DNA from: Octopus vulgaris
Lineage: Eukaryota
Length of the DNA: 64,000 bases
Reading direction: 5' to 3'
NCBI GenBank assembly: GCA_951406725.2
Contig: OX597829.1
Coordinates: forward strand, 23,808,001 to 23,872,000
Part shown: in pieces, positions 52,846 through 64,000 of the stretch
Layout of the letters: each line of letters opens with the position of its first letter
How positions within the stretch are numbered: the stretch's first letter is position 1
The notes under the pieces: model-generated
What the model was told of the DNA's origin: nothing
Databases searched by the model: none
The model's input: the letters and a program-made list of their open reading frames with translations, nothing else
Translations under genes and position numbers: made by a program

Positions 52846-53599
52846 AATATTAATTTGAGCTAATAGGATAAAACTAATGGCATATTTCAAATCAGCATTA
52901 CTAAATATATTCAGGAATATGAAAATGTAGGGTGGAACTTGACATCCCTATTTCAGTGCGTAAACGAATGCATCAGTCGGTAGATGAAGAACTATACTAC
53001 ATCTTCAAAAGTAGTGCTGATAGCGAAAAACTGATTTCATATTTTGTGTTAATGCCTGAAGTGTAATCAAGAAGATGTCTAACTTTCAAGGCAGTAGAAA
53101 TATCTTTCTCTTTTGTTGTTGTTCTTGGGCAGTGTAATTACTGGAAATAGCCCAGTAATTTTACATCAAACAAGAAATACCATTAAAGTTTGCTATACAT
53201 AGCAAGCAGTATTTCCTAATCTAGATACCAGCCGAAGGGAGATTTGGATGTATGTTGCTATATGAAATATGTTAATGAAATGACCTCAGATTTTGTGTGT
53301 GTGTGTGTGTGTAATCCTTTTCACTAGTCAGCAAACTAGTTTAAAATTACTGCTCTCATCCTCTCTACCACCACCACCACCACCACTGTTAAGCTTTAAA
53401 TTACAGAGTCTTATATGATGGTCTCTCTTTTGTACAATAATCTTATATTATTGTAAATAATTAGTCGGATTGGCTGTGGAGGTGGGGGGGGTACTAATTA
53501 ACTGTTTGCATTTGAATGATGAAACAGAAGATGAGCCTAGTGCTGACTGGATGTATTCCCTTCCTCCACCCTACTGCTATTAGTCTTACTCACAAGGTT

Positions 53600-53671
<72 letters not shown>

Positions 53672-54059
53672 GAGAGATGGATACGCACACATACATGCAC
53701 ACACAAATCTGGAATTGTGTTGAACGAATAGAAAAGTGCTCAATATATGTAAAGTATATAGTTTATTGAAACTTGAGTTGCAAAATAAACACCCAGTTTT
53801 AATAAAATTTCTCTCTAATACATACATGCATACATACACATGCTTATGTGTGTGTATACACATGCTTATGTGTGTGTGAGAGAGAGAGAGAGATGCAATC
53901 ACAAGAAGGCTAACAGAAAAAAGCAGGCTTAGTATTTGGCTGATGGATTGGAGCAATAACCGTTAAAAGTGCACTAGAAATAGATTCTCTTAAAAGCTCA
54001 GCTGGCTTTCTGGAAGTAGTTGATTGGATTTAATTACCAAGGTGACATAATTGTAGTGG

Positions 54060-54570
54060 AATTAGTTGTTCCAAAGGTATAATAGCCAAAGTAGAAACTA
54101 GTTGGAAAAAAATGCTCAGGGAAGTATATCTCTACTGGCAAGAAAGACCTTCATCAGAGTGAAAAGGCAGATTGTATGATGCTTGTATTAGAACTGTGGT
54201 ACTGCATGATTGTGAGACATGGGCCTTGAATGTTGAAGACAAGATAGAAATGAAGCAAGCATGTTCTGTCGGATGTGTAATGTTAGTGTACGTGAATGAA
54301 CATCAAGGTACAAATGAGCTGAGAGAGAAATTGTGTATAAGGGGAATCTGGTGTTGTGTACAAGAGAGGGGGCATGTGATGTGTATGGAAAGTGACTGCT
54401 GTACAAGAGAAGGAAGTTCTGATCCTTCTAAGGTGTTAGAACCTGTGGAAGAGGGAAACCAAGGGAAAATAGGGATGAAGTAGTGAAGGTTGACCTGAAG
54501 ATGCTGCGTTTCATTGAAGGAAATGATGGACTGTTCTGATTAATGATATGCAGTTCCATTGAAGACTTGA
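54060..54570 (+). mobile_element. Decayed RTE LINE ORF 3' part
   Basis: RVKGRLYDACIRTVVLHDCETWALN..RNEASMFCRMCNV..ELREKL.IRGI..GHVM. Confidence 0.8.
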
Positions 54571-54646
54571 CTATCAAAACATTTTGAAATGGTCGCAAGG
54601 GAAGCTGTGTATTTTTATGTATGTGTGTGAGAGTGTGTGTATTTAT

Positions 54647-54753
54647 ATACTACTTTGGCAGTACATATCCTAAAATTGGAATGATACAGAGAAGATTAGT
54701 GTGGTCCCTGTCCAAGGATGACACACACAAATTCGGGAAACATTCCATATTTT
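54647..54753 (+). pseudogene. RNU6: U6 snRNA retropseudogene (full length)
   Basis: ttggcagtacatatcctaaaattggaatgatacagagaagattagtgtggtccctgtccaaggatgacacacacaaattcgggaaacattccatatttt aligns to U6. The ACAGAGA box is intact but the AGC triad is AGT, there is CpG decay, and no upstream promoter is visible. Confidence 0.92.
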
Positions 54754-54755
54754 CT

Positions 54756-55032
54756 AGGCACAGAAGTGGCTGTGTGGTAAGAAGCTTGCTTCCCAACCAC
54801 ATGGTTCCAGGTTCAGTCCCACTGCGTGGCACCTTGGGCAAGTTTCTTCTACAATAACCTTGGGCCGACCAAAGCATTGTGAATGGATTTGGTTGACGAA
54901 AAGAAGTTCATTGTGTGTGTGTGTAATAAATATATATTTGTCTGTGATTTGTCCCCCCTCATCACTTGACAATCATTGTTGGTGTGTTTATGTCCCTGTA
55001 ATTTAGCAGTTTAGCAAAAAAGACTGATAGAA
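54756..55032 (+). mobile_element. SINE A, 3'-truncated, abutting U6
   Basis: Head aggcacagaagtggctgtgtgg begins 2 nt after the U6 T-run. Confidence 0.88.
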
Positions 55033-57181
55033 TATATATATATAATTTGCATCATGCCAAGCGTATAATTGCTGCTATCTTATTCACCTCTAACAGTCCC
55101 ATCTCTCATCTACCTGTTGATCACCTTCCCTTTTTCATTCATCTTTTTCACTTCTATTTTTATTTCTTTTATCTCACTACCTATGCAGACTATAAATAGC
55201 TGCCCTACATACCCTCCCCTCATCACTCTTCCATCTCCATCTGTCACTAGTTCTATGTACCAGTGACTGTATTGGGCTATCCCCATCACTCAACCTGTGA
55301 TGATCTCCCAATTCATATAAATCTTTTCCTTATCATCCATATCTCTCATCTCATCACATGTGATGCTCTCTCAATGCCATTCATCACTATCCTCTACCCA
55401 TAGCTTTTCACTATGGAGGCACATGGCCTAGTGGTTAGAGCAGCGGACTTGCAGTCGAAGGATCATGGGTTCGAATCTCATACCGGGTAGTGTGTGTGTT
55501 TTTGAGGGAAACCCCTCAATGATTTTTTTATGGATCTTGAAGTAGATAAAGCTGTAAATAATAGCATGTAAATATTGGTTTTAAAAAAAAAACCCTTTAG
55601 ATAGAAAATTTCATGTAACCCACAAGCAGCTTTTTACCTTTTCTAGCCAAATGGTTTTTTAACCTGATATTTACACACTGTTATTTGTAGCTTATCTAAG
55701 CTGGCAAACTGACATAACCATTATCATACTGAATAAAACGCTTAGCAGCACTTTTGTCTTTAAGTTCTGAGTTCAAATTCTGCCAAGGTCAACTTTGCCT
55801 TTCATCTGTTTGAGGTCGATAAATAAGTATTAGTAAAAGGGGAGCACTGGGGCTGATGTTATCAACTTACCCCTTCCTCCTAAATTTCAAGCCTTGTGCC
55901 TACAAGAGCCATTAAAAAAAAAAATTCATGTTCTCTTGGAGACATATATGCAATATCAAAGATTTATAATTACTCTTTATACTGTTCTAAAAGCTGTTCT
56001 CTATGTTGTTGTTTGACTTGCCAGAAAATAGCTGCCAAATCAGTCTGAAATAAATTATTCTGTCTTAAAAAAAAATAAAATATGAAGAATTTAATTTTAG
56101 ATAATGTAGTTTTAGATAATTACAACTGAAAATAAATCAGAACAGTCTTGGATGTGACATTCTTAATCACGGGTCTGCTAGATCAGTGATAAACAATGAC
56201 ATAACCATTATAAATGCCCTCTATCATAAGTCTACAGAATCAGGATTGAGCATGTGTTTAACAACTACTACTCTGTATAAAGTAATTTAAAGAGCAGTCT
56301 TAGAAAACTGTAATTTTACCATTTCACATCCCTTTTTCTGTTTCTTTAAAATTAAAGGAAAAAAAAACTATTTCTATAATATTTTGCACCTAGATAATTT
56401 CAAGTAATTCCATGTTTATAGTTTAAAACAAATATTGGTAAACACAGGCATCACTCAGCAAATATCATCATGAAAGCAGGAGAATTTCCTGTTCCCTATT
56501 TCATTTCTCAAATTATATGTTTCTGAGAGAATCTCATCTTCAAGAAAGGAATGGAATCAAGAATTGTTGAGTCACTCACAGCTCTGATCAACAGTTTTTA
56601 ATATCTCTCCTTTTCTCCCTCTTTCTCTCTCTTCTCTCCATTATTTTTAAAACATTTTTTCTTCATTAAAACATAGCTTGCAAAATGCTATGTTCTTAAG
56701 GAAATTTGATTGATGTTTCTTCTACAGTGCTGTTTCTTTCTTCTCATAACAATAATTATAGTTAAGCGTTTCCTATTTTTCCATAAAGGGAGCAATTTTA
56801 CAGAGATAATTGTGCATTTGTCTATGCTATACAGTTATGTTGGAAGGTGATAAGAGCTTTAACCTTTGGAACGTAGGTTAAAAGTCCAACATCTTATCAA
56901 TACAGTCAGTTATTTATTCAATATCATTTATTTTAAAAGCATTTCCTTCAAAATATAAAAATCTTTTTGTTCTTTAAATGCTTTCATTCAGTACATTGAA
57001 ATGTTTTAATCAATTAATCCCACCCCAGTACTAGTATTCTTCTTACCAATCTCAATTTAGTCCCTTACCACAAAGAATTTACATAAATTTAACATCCTTA
57101 TAAACACACGCACAATTTCAATCTAGCTGTAATAATACATCTGTTGTAATCAAATTTTACATCAACTATAAAATAACCCAT

Positions 57182-57252
57182 GGGCATGTGGCGTAGTGGT
57201 TAAGAGCATGCGTTACTAACCCCAAGATTCTGAGTTCGATTCCAGGCAGTGA

Positions 57253-57288
<36 letters not shown>

Positions 57289-57457
57289 CGACATCAAAAA
57301 ATACCTTAGGAATGAGAACCCAGGTTCAAAATTTCCCCAAGACACCTGATGAGGGCTGGAGGGTATATCAGCCGAAATATTGTGTTAAAAACAAACAAGA
57401 TGAGAACAAATATCCATCAAATGTACATATTGTACATAATTCCTCATCTCGTAAATA
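57182..57457 (+). mobile_element. tRNA-headed element (family E) with a hammerhead-bearing tail
   Basis: A box tggcgtagtgg, B box gagttcgattcc, (aat)n linker, then the hammerhead motif. The tail resumes at about 57748 after the SINE C insertion. Confidence 0.7.
57341..57386 (+). ncRNA. Minimal type I hammerhead ribozyme motif
   Basis: gacac-CUGAUGA-g-ggcug[gaggguauau]cagcc-GAAA-uauu-guguu: complete core, stems I and II, and palindromic aauauu in place of stem III. Confidence 0.65.
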
Positions 57458-57747
57458 TTGTTTGTTCCTTCTTGAGCCATGCCTGGCTCATTAGGGCTGG
57501 TTTCCGGGTTTCCTTGGCATATAGGTTCCCCACCTGGAGAGGACACCAGTCCGTTACAGGTGAGCTGCAAGATGCAGGACGAAAGAGTGAGAGGAAGTTA
57601 TGGCAAAAGAGTCAGCAGAATTTCACCATTACCGTGTGGAGCTTAGGTGTTTCGCTCATAAACACACACATTACCTGGTCTGAGATTCGAACCCGCGATC
57701 CCTCGACTGTGAGTCCGCTGCTCTAACCACTAGGCCATGTGCCTCCA
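57458..57747 (-). mobile_element. SINE C inserted in family E
   Basis: Imperfect TSD catctcgtaaata / catctcttgaata. Confidence 0.88.
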
Positions 57748-58740
57748 CATCTCTTGAATATAGAACTGTATTAGTGTTGTTTTATGTCTCTGTTATTTAA
57801 GGTTTGGAAAAAAAGGGATCAATAGAATAAGTATCAGGCTTAAAAAAATGGTACTAGAGTTTTATTCAACTAAGTTCTTCAAGTTGATGCCCCAGTATGG
57901 CCACAGTCCAATAACTGAAACATTCTAATCCTTCATCAATATCTATAAAGCTGAAATGCGAAAAAGTTGTTTGATTTCTTGGTTATTTGTCTCATTTTGG
58001 GATGGGAATGGTTTGGTGTAAGGGGCGGTAGATGGGGTCGGATTGGCGCCAAAATTTACACTGGGGGTGAAATGGGGTGGGCAGTGGTGTGAGGAGGGTT
58101 GCAAGTCGCTCAGGGCTACTGTTTAGTTGCCATGGTGGGGAATATGGGAAAAATTGAGTTTTAAAGAAGATAAAGACGAAGAAAAATAAGAAAAAGAAGA
58201 GGGCAATAAAAAGAGCCAGGCAAAGAAGACGAACAAAAGAAGAAAGGGAAAAGGAGACAACATGCACAAAACAACACCACTGCCAAGACCCGAGCGAGGC
58301 ACGAAGCACGGGTCAAAATAGCTAGTCACCTAGCATAAAGCTAACACCATCCCCAACGGATTCTGTTTTCTTGTAAACTACCTAGTGACTTCATTAGTGC
58401 TGGTTGCATAAAGAAAGCACCCAGTATCTATTCTGAGGTGGTTGGCGGTACGATGGGTGTCCAGCTGTAGAAACCATGCCAAAGTGGGCACTGGATCCCG
58501 ATGCAATACTTGGATGTTTCAGATCCTGTTAAGCCATCCATCTGATACAAGCATGGAACATGGACAATAAATGATGATGATGATGATATATGTACACACA
58601 CCCACACGCACACACACATGCATGCAAGCATGCACACTCGCTCACATATTATAATACTTTTTATGTGTATGAGCATATATATATATATATGTATTTATAT
58701 ATGTGTTTATGTGTGTGTATGCATATATACATATATATAT

Positions 58741-58930
58741 TCTTGTTTTAGTCATTTGACTGTGGCCATGCTGAAGCACTTACCTTAAGTCGAGCAAATC
58801 GACCCCAGGACTTATTCTTTGTATCAATCTCTTTTGCCGAACTGCTAAATTACGGGCACATAAACACACCAGCATCAGTTGCCAAGCGATGTTGGGGCGG
58901 AGAAGACAAACATATACACACCTATCTATC

Positions 58931-58961
<31 letters not shown>

Positions 58962-58964
58962 CTA

Positions 58965-59003
<39 letters not shown>

Positions 59004-59138
59004 AGAATTCACAAAAAAGACAGACATGTGGTGTAGGCAACAAACAGATGTATTAGTTTAACGCTCAGGAAGGGAAAAGTCTTTAATGTTTCGAGCCTAA
59101 GCTCTTCCACAGAAAGAAACAAGGAGAGAAAATAGAGA

Positions 59139-59200
<62 letters not shown>

Positions 59201-59354
59201 CAGGCTTCTTCCAGTTTCCATCTACCAAATCCACTCACAAGGTTTTGGTTGGCCCGAGGCTATAGTAGAAGACACTTGCCCAATGTATCACACAGTGGGA
59301 CTGAACCCGGAACTATGTGGTTGGTAAGCAAGCTACTTACCTCACAGCCACTCC
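58741..59354 (-). mobile_element. SINE A with a Penelope-like insert in its (TA)n
   Basis: A tail and head flank a foreign segment at 59001-59140. Confidence 0.85.
59080..59117 (-). ncRNA. Variant minimal hammerhead-like motif
   Basis: Minus strand ucuuu-CUGUGGA-a-gagc[uuag]gcuc-GAAA-cauu-aaaga, with an A6>U change in the core. Confidence 0.45.
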
Positions 59355-59725
59355 AATGCATATATATCATCATCGTTTAACGTCGTTAATTTCAATGAAA
59401 TCATTTTAAAACTGATACTGCTTGAACATAAATGAAGTCTAGGTTTTATTTTTCTCTAAAACCTGGTCATCAACTAAAGACAAATATACTGTCATATTGT
59501 TCAAAAATATATAAATAAATAAGATACACTAAAAGAAGTAATTCAAGTTGACCAATGGCATAAATTAATCCAAATAAGGATTGGTGTACTGAATAACATG
59601 TACAAAAAGATTCTTTGATTTATTTTTTTCCTGCTGTCTCAAACAAAAAGGAAAAAAAAATCTTTTTGTTTTTTTGCATATGTCATTCTATCATTCTTTC
59701 TGCCACCCACTTTATTTATCACACG

Positions 59726-59777
59726 GTTACCATAGCAACTGAAGTGATAAAGGCTATCACATTGTTACCAAGGCAAC
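59726..59777. promoter_or_regulatory. Two RFX X-box motifs
   Basis: GTTACCATAGCAAC at 59726-59739 and GTTACCAAGGCAAC at 59764-59777. Confidence 0.55.
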
Positions 59778-60188
59778 CAAAAAAAAAGAGAACTAAGCCA
59801 GCTATGTACTGCTGTTATTATTTGATATATCTCTTGTAAGGCATGTTATTACTATTATTACTATTACAGAGAACAATAACAGCCAATTATAATTAATCAA
59901 TATTCAATATTCCTTCACATTACTTCGAGTTCAGACAGAATATTCTGACAGAACGTAAACAATGTTGGCGTAGCTTTAACAGCCTGAGAAGTCTTTACAA
60001 AAGTCAAGGACATTTATTTTCTTCCTCTGACTAATTGATAAAATAAATAAGTAAATAAATAAATAAAAACTTTTACAGCCAGTTTACCTGAGTATATGAT
60101 TCATCAAAGGAACACAGAACACACACTCACACCCATTCATCGACTGGAAATGTAACTAGTCATTAAAAATTTACAGGTACCACTAGCT

Positions 60189-60532
60189 AAGGTTGATTGA
60201 CAAGTCACGGTTGATCGACAATTTCAAATTCTTCTCACTGGTTTTGTGGCTTCACTCTACAGACCTGGTTACTAACTTAACAACTCATTAGTCTTATAGT
60301 GGTGTACAGCTGTGACCACTGTAGTACTGTGGAGGCACATGGCCTAGTGGTTAGAGCAGCGAAGGTTGATTGACAAGTCACGGTTGATCGACAATTTCAA
60401 ATTGTTCTCACTGGTTTTGTGGCTTCACTCTACAGACCTGGTTACTAACTTAACAACTCATTAGTCTTATAGAGGTGTACAGCTGTGACCACTGTAGTAC
60501 TGTGGAGGCACATGGCCTAGTGGTTAGAGCAG
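60189..60532. repeat. 173-bp tandem duplication
   Basis: 60189-60361 is repeated at 60362-60532 with about 2 substitutions. Confidence 0.95.
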
Positions 60533-60782
60533 TCGAGGGATTGTGGGTTCGAATCTCAGACCGGGCAATGTGTGTGTTTATGAGTGAAACACCTAAGCTC
60601 CATGCAGCTCTGGCAGAAGGTAATGGCTGACTCTTTTGCCACGACTTTCTCTCACTCTTTCCACCTGCATCTTGCAGCTCACCTGTGACGGGCCAGCATC
60701 CTGTCTAAGGAACCTATACGCCAAGGAAACCGGTAAAACAGCTCTTATGAGTCAGGTGTGGCTTGAGAAGGAACAAACAAAA
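60503..60782 (+). mobile_element. SINE C with TSD actgtagtact
   Basis: TSD at about 60491-60501 and 60784-60794. Confidence 0.88.
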
Positions 60783-60864
60783 AACTGTAGTACTAAGATT
60801 AGTTCCTAATCCTGTAATATTTGTTTTAGCCACACAAGGTATCGAGCACTGTGACCAAAAATAT

Positions 60865-61295
60865 TAATTTCAAATTTTAGCACAAGGCCAGAAACTTTGG
60901 GGAAGTGGGTAAGTTGATTACATTGACCCCAGTGCTTAACTGGTGATTATTTTATCGACCCTGAAAGGATGAAAGGTAAAGTTGACCGCAGCAGAATTTG
61001 AACTTAGAACATAATGACAGACAAAATGCTGTGAAGCATTTAGCCAGGCATGTTAATAATTCCGTCAGCTTGCTGCCTCTTCTGACCAAAAGTATTGATT
61101 TCAAAATTTAGCACAAGCCCAGTATTTTAAGGGAAGGGAATAAGTTGATTACATATACCACCACCCACCCCGATGCTCAACTGACACTTGTTTTATCAAC
61201 TCTGAAAGATAAAGTCAACCTTGGTGGAATTTGAACTCTGAATGTAAAGGTGGATGAATACTGACATGCTAAAGATTCTGCCAACTCATCGCCTT
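60865..61295 (-). mobile_element. Two old SINE B copies in tandem
   Basis: Repeated atttcaaa..ttagcacaag...gaatttgaact. Confidence 0.7.
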
Positions 61296-61578
61296 CTCTG
61301 ACCGAAAATATTAAGACATTTGCTTAAAGTTTCTTACTGTAGGACTAAACTTGAAACCATAGGCTTGTGAGGTGAAATTTTAAGCCACAAGTTTTAAGCT
61401 CTGCATTAAAAACATCATTTTAAAGACTGAATCTAAATATGAAATGAATTCCATTTTTGTTCAGATAAGAGAATATGTTAATCAGTTATGTACAGACATA
61501 ATATATAAATATATACACTCATATGCCATACACATATACGTACTTACACACATAGATATATATGTATGTGCGTATATA

Positions 61579-61824
61579 TTGGGTTGGTGCATAACTATTG
61601 TGGCTTATTTACAACAAATTTTATTCAACAAAAACAATGACGTGTAACAAAAACATCTTTAAATGATTATTCCAGAGCATATTCACCTTCTACTTCAATT
61701 ACTGCTCCCCATTTGTTTGGCAGATGGTCAGACCATCATTTAAAGATATTTTTGTTAAATATTGTTAGTTTTTGTTGAATAAAATTTGCTGCAAAAAAGC
61801 CACAATAATTATGCACCAACCCTA
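61579..61824. mobile_element. Mariner-derived palindromic MITE
   Basis: TA|ttgggttggtgcataa...ttatgcaccaacccta|TA with IRs of about 90 bp. The core encodes a frameshifted LPNKWEAVIEVEGEY on the minus strand (mariner C-terminus). Confidence 0.85.
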
Positions 61825-61914
61825 TATATATATATATATGATGATGATGATGATGATATATATCTTTTATCTTTTATGTGATCTATCTATCTATATCTAT
61901 ATATATGTATTTTT

Positions 61915-62427
61915 TATCTTTTATTTGATTCAGTCATTAGACTGTGGCCATGCTGGGACACCTAAAATTTTTAGTCAAATGATTTGACCCCAGTGCCTTT
62001 TATTTTTTTCTAATCCTGGTATTTATTTTATCAATCTCCTTGCCGAACTGCTAAGTAAACACACCAACACCAGTTGTTAAGCAGTGATGGGGGGGATAAA
62101 AACACAAAGATACATACACAGACGCGTGTGTGTGTGTATGTATGTATGTATATGTTTTTTTTTTATAAGCTTAAAGCTTAAAAAAAAACATTTACAGAAT
62201 TGTGAAATTCACCACTGCTTATCAAATCATTGCACACGCATGCACGCTCACACACACACACACACACTCTCTCTCTGAGCCTATTTCAGTTTCAGTCTAC
62301 CAAAACCACCCACAAGACTTTGGTTGGCCCAATGCTATAGTAGAAGACACTTGCCCAATGTGCCAAGCAGTGGGACTGAACCTGGAGCCATGTGGTTGGG
62401 AAGCAAGCTTCTTACCACACAGCCACG

Positions 62428-62430
<3 letters not shown>
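61915..62430 (-). mobile_element. SINE A
   Basis: Reverse copy. Confidence 0.8.
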
Positions 62431-62460
<30 letters not shown>

Positions 62461-63213
62461 CACACACACAGGCTAATTCCCTGTAACTTGCTTTGTTAGT
62501 GTGTGTGTGTGTGTGTGTACCAGATGATAACAGATGGACAAGATTTGTGACAGTTTGCAACCTTATCAACTGAAATACACGTGGGGGGAAAAAAATTAGC
62601 AAGAGACAACATGAAGTTATTTTCTTATCATAAAAATTCTTGTACAGATAAATAACTATAAATATTGGGCTATAGTTAAATTATTCAGTCTTGGTAACTA
62701 ATTTCTCCTTTTTATATTAGTTTTGTTGTAATCGTTGAAGACTGAGTCTTTGAGTTGTCCATGTATTGCATTCATGACAGTGTTAATTTATTCTGAAGAC
62801 TTTACATTTTATCCTATTGATATCAAGATTGCTTTGTGTGTGGGTGTGTGTGTGCATTTGTGTGCAGTGTGTAGGTGGGTAGTTGCTGGTATGTATGAAT
62901 TTTTTCTGTGAGAATAGATAATACTGCAAGCGAAAGTTAACTATTACCACCTGGCATTGTAACTCAATTTAAATGCACACACATACGCTCACACTCACAC
63001 ACACATACATAATAAATATATATAAAGAGAAAGAGAGAGTGACCATAAAGTCTGGATACATTATCACCATCTCTCTTTAACGTCCGATAGGTGAAAATCA
63101 CAAACTTATTATTCAATCAACAGAAAAAAAAATCCCAGAATATTAGATATTTCCCATGTATCTTGACTTTATGGTCACCTAGCACCTTGTATATGAGTCA
63201 TTTAACTGGAAGA

Positions 63214-63247
<34 letters not shown>

Positions 63248-63354
63248 TTCAGACTTTATCATGTTAAATATTTGCATTTAATACTCTTAAAAACTTTTCT
63301 CCACCTTTGTTGACATAAAAATTTCAATCTACAAAATCTGCCCCTCTACAACTT

Positions 63355-63630
63355 ACTTGACCTGTTAGTAATAGCAGCCAAACCACTATCAGATTACATC
63401 CACCCACCTTATAAGAAAAATATTAAATATAAGATGAGATGGTCACAATTGGAATATTTTTGATCTATAGGTCAGTTAGGTCAGGACTAACCTAAGGCTA
63501 AACAACAGCTGTTACCTCTAATACTAACTACTGTGCTATACATTAGATAATGTAGTCCTAGATACACTATGCATGAATAAAATACGGAATGGGCACAGTT
63601 TGAACATCTACCAAGTAGGTCACATTATTA
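63355..63630 (+). repeat. Old interspersed repeat (family F), two partial copies
   Basis: gaaatagcagccaaa...ttagataatgtagtc...ggtcacagctggaat...ctaaacaac recurs at about 2260, 5910, 22345, 26640, 38865, 48130, 50745 and 56015. Confidence 0.6.
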
Positions 63631-64000
63631 TTATTACTGAGTGAGAGAGCAGTGCATACCATCAAAGTGACACTGGGGTAAAATATACGAAGCCCAGTAT
63701 ACCCATCATGACTACCTGTCTGATAAGGGTACACCAGGCACATACATCACAACCATATGTGTGCGACATGGTGATCTCATATCAAGATAAACAGCACATG
63801 ACCTTGCAGGTGGGGCCCAGTTAGAATTTTCTTCTGGTCGAGTAACCTATCCCACTCAAAAGGTCCCTGAATAAGAGTTGTTTAAAGATCATGATCATGA
63901 TGATGATCATCATCATCGTTTAGCGTCCGTTTTCCATGCTAGCATGGGTTGGACGGTTCTACTGGGGTCTGTGCAGCCAGAAGGCTTCATCAGGCCCAGT

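Noticed and set aside
54647-54753. Functional U6 gene
   Set aside because: The catalytic AGC is mutated, there are many substitutions, and only microsatellite lies upstream.

Overview
Eukaryotic, AT-rich and microsatellite-dense sequence with no supportable intact protein-coding gene. The repeat families resemble those of octopus (coleoid cephalopod) genomes; this is recognised from memory, not searched. Most of the window is intronic or intergenic and filled with repeats: at least five tRNA-headed SINE families (labels A-E are mine), decayed LINEs (RTE, CR1 and RLE-type), MITEs (Merlin-, hAT-, mariner- and piggyBac-like), non-autonomous Helitron/Helentron elements, and mini- and microsatellites. 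A repeat-poor island at about 39.1-41.8 kb looks like a promoter with possible non-coding exons. The most interesting signals are: (1) a tRNA-headed SINE-like element carrying a Penelope-type minimal hammerhead ribozyme at 57.2-57.5 kb, plus two more hammerhead-like pieces inside (TA)n tracts; (2) a U6 retrocopy abutting a SINE head; (3) a CR1 LINE 3' end sharing a covarying stem-loop tail with SINE A; (4) two tandem RFX X-boxes; (5) a hairpin cluster at 12.7-12.9 kb. Repeat boundaries are read by eye and are approximate unless a TSD is given.
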